Shown here: piece by piece, positions 56,135-63,711 of the stretch
Position numbering within the stretch: the stretch's first letter is position 1
Layout: each line of letters begins with the position of its first letter
Origin: Candidatus Aenigmatarchaeota archaeon
Lineage (GTDB): Archaea; EX4484-52
Direction: 5' to 3'
Length of the DNA stretch: 63,711 nucleotides
NCBI GenBank assembly: GCA_023137195.1
Contig: JAGLPV010000005.1
Coordinates: 1-63,711 of the forward strand
The notes under the pieces: model-generated
The model's input: only the letters and a program-made list of their open reading frames with translations
Database searches by the model: none
What the model was told of the DNA's origin: nothing
Translations under genes and position numbers: made by a program

Positions 56135-57755
56135 TGCTCACAGGTTCATATTTATTATAGTATTCCTCTATTTTTTCATAGACATACTGGAATGATGATA
56201 TTTTTTTCTTCAACAGCCAGAAGATGTATTTTTCTCTCCTGTTTATTTCTTTCATGGCTTCTGCCTGATCTATTCCATATTCAGAGGTTAGTTTATCCAG
56301 GCATGAAAGAAGATCTTTTTTCTTTTCAACATAGCTGTCTGTCTTTGGATCCCAAAAATAAGGTGTTTTGTAAGAAAGTTCCCCTTTATTGCCTATTTTT
56401 TCAATAAAATCAATTTCCTTTATTCTTCGCGAAGATTTCCCGTATTTTGTTGCCCGTGTAATCAAAATCATGTAATCCAGTGTCTGGATGATGCTATTAG
56501 ATAGGTTTATTGGTGGTGTGTTAAGCCTTTGGATTATATCATCCACAGAACCCCCATGCATTGTTCCAAATGATGGATGTCCTGATGCCATTCCCTGGAA
56601 AAGGACAGATGCCTCTTCCCCACGCACCTCTCCAACAATGATATAATCCGGGTTCTGCCTGAAAGATTCTTTCAACAGGCTGAACAGCGAAACTTCCCCG
56701 TATCTTCGCCCATAAGCGTCCATTGTTCCAAACCCGGCCCGGGAAACAGAAGGAATCCAATTCGTGTGCAAAAGATTCAATTCTCTTGTATCCTCGATAG
56801 ATATTATTTTATTCTCGGGAGGTATAAATAAGACCAATGAATTCAACAGCGACGTCTTCCCCGAACTGGTACCACCACAGATCAATATATTCTGCTTATG
56901 CTCCACAAGAAACCATAGAAAGGCAACTAATTTTGGCGAAATGGTCCTGTTCTGAATGAGATTAACTACACTAAAAGGAATTTCCCTGAATTTTCTTATA
57001 GTAAATGTCGGTCCACGGGTAGAGATGTCCTTAGAAACATTTGCATTAACACGGGAGCCATCCGGCAAAGTTGCATCTAACAGTGGCTCTGCATATGAAA
57101 TATACCGGGCGCATCTTTCCGAAAGCTTTATGACAAATGACCTTAATTCTTCCATTACAGGAAAGGACACATTTGTTACCAGATTCCCATATTTCTTGTG
57201 GGATACATACAGGTTTATATCTGCACCATCACAGCTTATGTCTTCAATATAAGGATCATTCATTAAAGGCTCAATTTTTCCAAGACCAACAAAATTAACA
57301 TAAACCACATACAATAATCTAATGTATTGCCCTGGTCTCAAAACAACTCCGAATTCAACCAGAATATTGTTTATCTTTTCTTTGATATATGTTATTTTTT
57401 TTTCATTTGTAGTCAGTGTATATAGATTAATATCTATTGTCTTTATGAGAGCACTTTGAACCAGATCATATATCTTTAACTCTTCTTCACTCAATATCGG
57501 CTGTTCAACGCAGTATTGTACCTCTTTTAAGACAGGATTCCATTCAATCCTTGCATAAGCATAAGGAGGGATAAGAGAATAATACACATCGATATCTTCC
57601 CTCTTGTCGAATGTTTTCAAAAGAGTGACTTTTTTTTTCCTGCCAATCTTAAACTTTTCAATCTCTTCTTTTCTTTTGAAGTCTTCTTCTTTTATTTTAT
57701 TCAATCTTCGCCTAAGAAGACCCCTTAATTTTACATCGCCTAACATATTTTTCAA
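56124..57755 (-). CDS. Type IV pilus/secretion ATPase (FlaI/TadA/VirB11 family)
   Basis: D..IEDISCDG, LPDGSR.N, TIRKF, GGTSSGKT, IEDT.E, RQNPDY..VGEVRG.EA. Confidence 0.93.
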   Translation of the reverse strand: MKNMLGDVKLRGLLRRRLNKIKEEDFKRKEEIEKFKIGRKKKVTLLKTFDKREDIDVYYSLIPPYAYARIEWNPVLKEVQYCVEQPILSEEELKIYDLVQSALIKTIDINLYTLTTNEKKITYIKEKINNILVEFGVVLRPGQYIRLLYVVYVNFVGLGKIEPLMNDPYIEDISCDGADINLYVSHKKYGNLVTNVSFPVMEELRSFVIKLSERCARYISYAEPLLDATLPDGSRVNANVSKDISTRGPTFTIRKFREIPFSVVNLIQNRTISPKLVAFLWFLVEHKQNILICGGTSSGKTSLLNSLVLFIPPENKIISIEDTRELNLLHTNWIPSVSRAGFGTMDAYGRRYGEVSLFSLLKESFRQNPDYIIVGEVRGEEASVLFQGMASGHPSFGTMHGGSVDDIIQRLNTPPINLSNSIIQTLDYMILITRATKYGKSSRRIKEIDFIEKIGNKGELSYKTPYFWDPKTDSYVEKKKDLLSCLDKLTSEYGIDQAEAMKEINRREKYIFWLLKKKISSFQYVYEKIEEYYNKYEPVSIKV

Positions 57756-57872
57756 AGACCTGCTGATTTTAACATATAGCCGGATATATATTTTATTAAA
57801 ATGAAATTATTTATACTTAAGGTTATTGAAATTCAGGATTCAACAACAGACATAAAATTTTATCATAAATTA

Positions 57873-58994
57873 TTAGACGGGATAATATTTCCAGTCCAGC
57901 TTATAGTCATCTATTCCTTCTGCTGTTGGGTTCTTCATGGGATCAGGAAAATACATGAGATTTATGAAAGAACCAATCCCTCTGTCACCAGGCAGGTACT
58001 TTGAACTAAAAGTGCTTATGTTCTCTATCCGTTCAAAAAAGCATGGGGCACCCTTTGCCTCAAAAAAACAGGAATGATTGGTCTCTGTTATAAGATTTGT
58101 CATCCACGTCTTATTTCCGTCCATTACAATAATAGAATCATCCAAAATAAAGTCTGTTGCATTGCTGACACTTGCAATATAATCTATTGCTACCGTAGTA
58201 TCCTTTGTCTCTCCAATCACCCCAACAAATAATCCCACACCAAAGTTATCTACTTCAGATATGTTTTTTGTAATAAGAATAGTATCCACAGGAAAGGGAG
58301 GAAATAAAGAAAAATCAGTAGTTGCAAAATCCACATAACTTCTTCCATACTTCCAGTCAACAGAAGAAGAATCCCCCTCCAGATAATCACATGGCATATA
58401 GGGCTGGTAAATATAGCCCTTGCTTGATATTGTATTGAACGGATCCTCAAGCCGGTTTATCTCGATGATTTTTGAAATTGTCTTGTTCCTGTCCAACAAG
58501 GCATTTAGAATCGGATCAATAATTAAAAAATTGGAAAAAGAAGTTATATTTAAGTGAAAATTATCTTCCTGTTTTATCTCGAGGTCATAAACGTGAATGT
58601 TGAAATCAAAATTCAGATTCTCAGCCATTTTTTTCACTGAATTGTGCCAGTCATCCAGCGTCGCATTCTCGATAAAAGGAAGCTGTGTACTATTATACGT
58701 ACCATTGCGCATTGCAGTAACCAGGGAAATATTGCTGTTGTTTATGAATGTCCCATTAGCCAGCTCATAATTTGTAATTGCTATAACTGCCAGTTTTCCG
58801 CTAATCTCAAAACTCCTTTCTACATCATTAAAGACCCCTTCTACAAAATAAGACATTTCATTACCCCTCATCATGTTAAAAGCTTCATCATTCTTAAAAG
58901 AAAATTCGCGGTTTAACGACATATTAGACATTATCAAAGAAAAAATGATAACTGTAAATAATGTATAGAAAAATCCTTTCCTCCTGCGTTTCAT
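57873..58994 (-). CDS. Pilin-like exported protein with a class III signal peptide
   Basis: MKRRRKG|FFYTLFTVIIF; adjacent to the pilus ATPase. Confidence 0.65.
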   Translation of the reverse strand: MKRRRKGFFYTLFTVIIFSLIMSNMSLNREFSFKNDEAFNMMRGNEMSYFVEGVFNDVERSFEISGKLAVIAITNYELANGTFINNSNISLVTAMRNGTYNSTQLPFIENATLDDWHNSVKKMAENLNFDFNIHVYDLEIKQEDNFHLNITSFSNFLIIDPILNALLDRNKTISKIIEINRLEDPFNTISSKGYIYQPYMPCDYLEGDSSSVDWKYGRSYVDFATTDFSLFPPFPVDTILITKNISEVDNFGVGLFVGVIGETKDTTVAIDYIASVSNATDFILDDSIIVMDGNKTWMTNLITETNHSCFFEAKGAPCFFERIENISTFSSKYLPGDRGIGSFINLMYFPDPMKNPTAEGIDDYKLDWKYYPV

Positions 58995-59101
58995 TTCGAA
59001 TAAATAAGGCATATTGATATATTCTTTTTAAGTTTTTAAAAACATTGGTTAATCTTCTATTGCATATAATAATGCATATAATAATATAAATAATGATTAA
59101 A

Positions 59102-61276
59102 ATGGCAAAGGCAGACTTAATTGTAGAACAAATCAAAAACACAGTAAACGACCAGACGAAAATAAGAAATATTGCTATTGCAGCACATATTGACCACGGT
59201 AAAACAACGCTTACCGACAACCTGCTTGCTTCATCCGGACTGATAAGCGAAGACACAGCAGGAAAGCAGTGCTTTATGGATTTCGATAAGCAGGAGCAGG
59301 AAAGAGGAATAACAATTTATTCTGCTAATGTTTCCATGATTCACAATTTTGAAAATGACGATTACCTAATTAATTTAATAGACACACCCGGGCACGTTGA
59401 TTTTGGTGGAGATGTAACCAGAGCTATGCGTGCAGTGGACGGCTGTGTAATTCTAGTAGATTCTGTTGACGGCGTCATGCCTCAGACAGAGACAGTAGTA
59501 AGGCAGGCGTTAAAGGAAAGAGTAAAACCAACCTTGTTCATAAACAAGATGGACAGGTTAATAAAAGAACTTGACCTGACTCCTGAAAAAATACAGGAAA
59601 GAGTGACAAAAATAATTGCTGATGTAAATATATTAATAGAAAAAGCAGCACCCGAAGAATACAAAAAGAAATGGAGAGTAAATGTAATGGAAGGAAGCGT
59701 TGCTTTCGGTTCTGCTTACAGGAACTGGGCATTGTCTGTTGCTCTCATGAAAAAGACAGGCATTACATTCAAAGACATAATCCAATACACAAAAGAAGGC
59801 AAGGAAAAAGAACTGGCAAACAAGGCAAACATAAGTGAGGTTCTTCTTGACATGGTTATAAAACACCTGCCTAACCCAAGGGAGTCCCAGGACTACAGGA
59901 TTAAAAAAATATGGGGAGGTAATATTGAATCTGATCTCGGGAAATCTCTGGCACAGTCCAACAAGGACGGACCATTTGTAGGCATGATTACCAACACGAT
60001 GCAGGATCCACAGGCAGGAACAATTTCCACCATAAGAGTTTTCAGTGGGACAATAACAGAAGGTATGGAGATATGGAATGCAAGCCAGGAAGGAATTCAA
60101 AGAATACAGCAGTTGGGTGTTTATGCAGGACCAAGAAGAGTACCGATTGAGTCAATTGTATGTGGGAATATTGTCGCAGTTACCGGTCTTTCCGGTTCAT
60201 CTACAGGAGACACAATCTGCACAACTCAAAATAAGGATATTGAATTGTTTGAGTCAATAAAACACCTCTTTGAACCAGTTGTTACAAAGGCAATAGAAGT
60301 AAAGAATATCAAGGACTTGCCAAAACTAATTGATGTTTTAAAGCAAAGAGGAAGAGAAGACCCGACAATAAAAGTTTCTATTTCAGAAGACACCGGCGAG
60401 ACATTGGTCGCAGGACTCGGAGAACTGCACATTGAAGCAAAGGTTGAAAGATTCATAAAAGACAAGGGTATAGATATAAATGTTTCTAAGCCGATTGTCA
60501 TCTACAAGGAAGGAGTCATGAAAGAATCTGTTGAAGTTGAAGGGAAAACTCCAAACAAGCACAACAAATTTATGATTAAAGTAGAACCTCTTCCTGAAAA
60601 GATTATAAACTTGCTAAAAAGCGGGGAAGTAAAACAGGGAAAGATAAGAAAGCAGGATTTAAATGAAGTTTCTGCGGCTTTAAGGGAAGCAGGAATGGAG
60701 ACTCCAAAGGCAAAAAAAGCAGTCGCAATACATGACCAGAATTTATTTTTGAATCTTACAAAAGGTATTGTCCAGCTAAATGAAGTTATTGAATTGCTTA
60801 TACAGTCCTTTAAGGAAGTATGTTCAGAAGGACCTCTTGCCCACGAACCACTTATGGGTGTGAGCATAGAATTAATGGATGCAAAGCTTCACGAAGATGC
60901 AATCCACAGGGGTCCGGCACAGGTTCTTCCTGCTGTAAAAACAGCCATAAGAGAGGCAATAAACAATGGTGTAGCTGTTCTATACGAGCCAAAACAAATA
61001 TTGAGAATCGATGCTCCTATAGACTACATGGGAAGTATTGTAAAGGAAGTCCAGAACAGGAGAGGACAAATCCTTGAAATGGAAGAAGAAGGAGATATGA
61101 ATTCCATCAAGGTAAAGCTTCCTGTAGCAGAGATGTTTGGCTTCGAGGCAGGAGTAAAATCAGCAACAGCAGGCAGAGGATTCCAGTCTCTTATTGATAT
61201 CACATACGAAAAAGTGCAAAGAGATATCATGGACAAGATTGTAAAAGAAATCAAGACAAGAAAAGGAATGAAGTAA
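59102..61276 (+). CDS. fusA: Translation elongation factor aEF-2
   Basis: AHIDHGKTT, EQERGITI, DTPGHVDF, NKMD, KLHEDAIHRGPAQ. Confidence 0.97.
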   Translation: MAKADLIVEQIKNTVNDQTKIRNIAIAAHIDHGKTTLTDNLLASSGLISEDTAGKQCFMDFDKQEQERGITIYSANVSMIHNFENDDYLINLIDTPGHVDFGGDVTRAMRAVDGCVILVDSVDGVMPQTETVVRQALKERVKPTLFINKMDRLIKELDLTPEKIQERVTKIIADVNILIEKAAPEEYKKKWRVNVMEGSVAFGSAYRNWALSVALMKKTGITFKDIIQYTKEGKEKELANKANISEVLLDMVIKHLPNPRESQDYRIKKIWGGNIESDLGKSLAQSNKDGPFVGMITNTMQDPQAGTISTIRVFSGTITEGMEIWNASQEGIQRIQQLGVYAGPRRVPIESIVCGNIVAVTGLSGSSTGDTICTTQNKDIELFESIKHLFEPVVTKAIEVKNIKDLPKLIDVLKQRGREDPTIKVSISEDTGETLVAGLGELHIEAKVERFIKDKGIDINVSKPIVIYKEGVMKESVEVEGKTPNKHNKFMIKVEPLPEKIINLLKSGEVKQGKIRKQDLNEVSAALREAGMETPKAKKAVAIHDQNLFLNLTKGIVQLNEVIELLIQSFKEVCSEGPLAHEPLMGVSIELMDAKLHEDAIHRGPAQVLPAVKTAIREAINNGVAVLYEPKQILRIDAPIDYMGSIVKEVQNRRGQILEMEEEGDMNSIKVKLPVAEMFGFEAGVKSATAGRGFQSLIDITYEKVQRDIMDKIVKEIKTRKGMK

Positions 61277-61302
61277 TTCAACCTTTTTTTGTTGCGAAAT
61301 AT

Positions 61303-62049
61303 CTAAAAATCAATCCCTTTGATTTCACATGATTTAAAAAAGGATTTTATGTTCTTTTTCATTTCCTTTAAATCGCCAATCGAGAAAGATTTTCCATGTT
61401 CTAAAGCAGGATCAAGTGTATTTATGCCCCTGAACTGCTGGATGCAGAATTTTTTTGCACCATCCAGCCATTCTGCAATTTTAGTTATATCTTCTTTAGT
61501 GTGGTATTTTGGAATGACTGTTGTCCTAAACTCATAGTCCACACCACTTCCTTTAATGATATGAATTGATTTTTCAATTTTATCCATCGGTGGCTTTTCT
61601 ATGCCGCAAAGAAGAGCATACTTTTCCTTTGGTGCCTTTATATCCATCGCGATGTAATCAATAAGCTTTTCATCTATTAACTCCTTAACGACATCAGGCA
61701 TAGTCCCATTTGTATCCAGCTTTACCTTCAGGTTCATTTCTTTTATGTGTTTTATAAAATCCACAAGCCATGGACATAATGTCGGTTCGCCTCCTGTTAT
61801 GCAGACGCCCCCTATAATCTTACTTCTCTCCTTTATCTCACTTAAAACTTCACGGGTGTTCAGATATAGCGTCTTATCATCTTTAATGACTAATTCTTTG
61901 TTATGGCAGAAAGGACACCTGAAATTGCATCCACTAAAAAAAACAACAGACACTATTTTTTCAGGATAATCTATCAGGGAAATTGACTGGAACCCTTTTA
62001 TGCCTTTACTCATCTCCTTTGCAACAACGCATTTATCTTCATTTATCAT
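61303..62049 (-). CDS. Radical SAM protein, anaerobic ribonucleotide reductase activase family
   Basis: CNFRCPFCHN, TGGEPT, KLDTNG, AMDIK, EFRTT. Confidence 0.9.
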   Translation of the reverse strand: MINEDKCVVAKEMSKGIKGFQSISLIDYPEKIVSVVFFSGCNFRCPFCHNKELVIKDDKTLYLNTREVLSEIKERSKIIGGVCITGGEPTLCPWLVDFIKHIKEMNLKVKLDTNGTMPDVVKELIDEKLIDYIAMDIKAPKEKYALLCGIEKPPMDKIEKSIHIIKGSGVDYEFRTTVIPKYHTKEDITKIAEWLDGAKKFCIQQFRGINTLDPALEHGKSFSIGDLKEMKKNIKSFFKSCEIKGIDF

Positions 62050-62732
62050 TTTTCAATCTTTTTAAAATCTTTTTTTAGTTCCTCTATCACTTCTTTTCCA
62101 TTTTCCTTCAGTGCAAACCCGAGTCCTATTCCAATTGCAAGAGCCAACGTAAATACCATGCCACCCAACAATATAAGGAATGTATTTTCAATTAAAGTGA
62201 TATTTAGCCCAATTTCAACCAAAGCAACATCTGCAAAGAAAAACAAGACAATCATTTTTACCACCAATGCCATCTGGTTTTTAAACCGGAATGTTAAGTT
62301 CCTTATTTTTTTTGCTAAAAATTCACTGACAATTAAACCGCCAATCACTATTACTGAGCCAATAAGCAGTGAAGGAATCCATCTTACAAAATCAAGCAAA
62401 ATAGCAGACATTTCTCCTAACTGCAGGATTGTTATTGAAGGAATCAGGAACAGTGCCCACACATACCATTTTACTATTTCTCCTACTATGCCGCTTACGC
62501 TCGCCCTGCCCACAGCATGATCAAGACCATTGTCAATAAAATATTTGTCCAGACCTATTTTATACAATAATTTTTTTGTAGTCATGCCCAATATCTTTGC
62601 AATGATATAACCGATTATTATTATAATCATAGCCACAGTTATATTTTTTAGTGCCTCCATAATACTCGCATACAAAAGAGGACTTGTTATTGTTTCCTTA
62701 AACGAAGTTATTAAATCTACCATACGAATCAT
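62046..62732 (-). CDS. MscS-associated TM-helix/CmpX-like membrane protein
   Basis: Repeated IIGYIIAK / IGG..VS segments and ALAIGIGLG. Confidence 0.7.
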   Translation of the reverse strand: MIRMVDLITSFKETITSPLLYASIMEALKNITVAMIIIIIGYIIAKILGMTTKKLLYKIGLDKYFIDNGLDHAVGRASVSGIVGEIVKWYVWALFLIPSITILQLGEMSAILLDFVRWIPSLLIGSVIVIGGLIVSEFLAKKIRNLTFRFKNQMALVVKMIVLFFFADVALVEIGLNITLIENTFLILLGGMVFTLALAIGIGLGFALKENGKEVIEELKKDFKKIEK

Positions 62733-62799
62733 TTTTTATATAATTAATATATTATTCTCATTAAACATTTATATAATTTTCCATCTATTATTTAATTTT

Positions 62800-63711
62800 T
62801 TACTGATGTTTTCCAATCAAAGGCATAAAAACAGGAATCCTGTCAATTGCAATATGCCTGTTTGAAAATAATTTTGCAGATGAAAAAAAAGCACCAATAT
62901 CATCCGGCTTGACACCAACACAAATCGCTTTTGCTCTGGTATCTTCTATTCTTTTTTTTAATTTCTCACGGAACTGATTAGACTTTAAAGCAGAACAACT
63001 TATTTTATCGATACGGTTCTCTACCCGGGCATCGTATTTTTTCAGTACATCCCTGGTATATTCAAAATCCTCTTCTGTAGGATCTTTTCCGAAAATAACA
63101 GGGTACAACTCCCCACCACGTCGAATCATCATTATCGTCGCCATAAGATCATCATCAATATTTTTATCATTCCGGATTAATGATATTATCTTTCCCTCGA
63201 CACCTGCCGGAATCCCGTCCATTCCAAGGTATTGCTTTGTATATATCCACGCAATCCTGTCTTTCATCTCAACAAAGAATGTTTTGTCCGGTCTGCTGAG
63301 ATTGACCCTGTTTCCAAAAGTTTCACAGATAAATGAACCAAGACTGATCTCAACATCCCTGCTTTTAAAAGGGTGTTTTCCTTCCCGCCTCACCCTTATA
63401 GCAAATGTGTGTTTCAGCATGAGTTCTTCTCTTGCAATTTCATTTAGTCTCTTTTTTATACTTTTAAATTCCTTGTCTGTGTCTTCAAACTCAACTTTGT
63501 CTGCAAAACAAAAACCATGTATTCCTGCAATCCTTGTAATACACTCCTGTAATTTTTTGCTATATTTTTCTTCAAATTCAAATATTATGTATGTCCTATT
63601 GAATACAACCTTGCATCTTATATCCTGGCTTTTCAAAAGATCATCCACATTACTCTTTAGTTTCCTGATAAAACTTCTTCTGACTGGCTCTGACTTAAGC
63701 CATAGTTCTGC
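62800..63711 (-). CDS. ThiI-like THUMP protein, 5'-partial, with degenerate PP-loop and truncated C-terminus
   Basis: Frame is open to the window edge (AELWLKS..VRR); TFA..VRR.GKH.F.S, VNLSRPD, G.PAG..GK; the SGGxDS position reads RNDKNIDD. Confidence 0.75.
   Translation of the reverse strand, partial: AELWLKSEPVRRSFIRKLKSNVDDLLKSQDIRCKVVFNRTYIIFEFEEKYSKKLQECITRIAGIHGFCFADKVEFEDTDKEFKSIKKRLNEIAREELMLKHTFAIRVRREGKHPFKSRDVEISLGSFICETFGNRVNLSRPDKTFFVEMKDRIAWIYTKQYLGMDGIPAGVEGKIISLIRNDKNIDDDLMATIMMIRRGGELYPVIFGKDPTEEDFEYTRDVLKKYDARVENRIDKISCSALKSNQFREKLKKRIEDTRAKAICVGVKPDDIGAFFSSAKLFSNRHIAIDRIPVFMPLIGKHQ

Noticed and set aside
59102-61276. Diphthamide-less EF-2 paralog
   Set aside because: The DAIHRG motif is intact, so this is a canonical aEF-2.
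1-63711. Provirus, IS transposase or rRNA genes
   Set aside because: No capsid, terminase, DDE/HUH transposase or rRNA signatures were recognised; the long antisense ORFs are shadows of real genes.

Overview
AT-rich chromosomal window from an archaeon. Evidence: Orc1/Cdc6, RpoE', proteasome beta, L30e/L32e/S27e, aEF-2 with the diphthamide His motif, EndA, SepCysS and a histone-fold protein. Fragmented ribosomal operons, decayed tRNA-modification enzymes and many bacterial-type imports point to a small-genome, DPANN-like lineage (inference). Content: about 68 CDS (two short ones, S27e and a histone, are absent from the ORF track), tRNA-Gly(CCC), tRNA-Phe(GAA), a panB-panD fusion with coaBC and panC, an arsR-E-F-G-P operon, and a DpnII-like R-M system beside a 1199-aa putative nuclease bracketed by direct repeats and attC-like hairpins. 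A Xer-type recombinase sits inside 34-bp inverted repeats. The strongest unexplained signal is non-coding: about 17 hairpin modules, mostly ~37 bp, whose stems are largely unrelated but whose loops share GTA-N6-GTA or a close variant. They chain and nest into composite elements that begin exactly at tRNA 3' ends or overwrite stop codons, and no mobilising enzyme is visible in the window. All calls come from reading motifs by eye; no database search or folding program was run.
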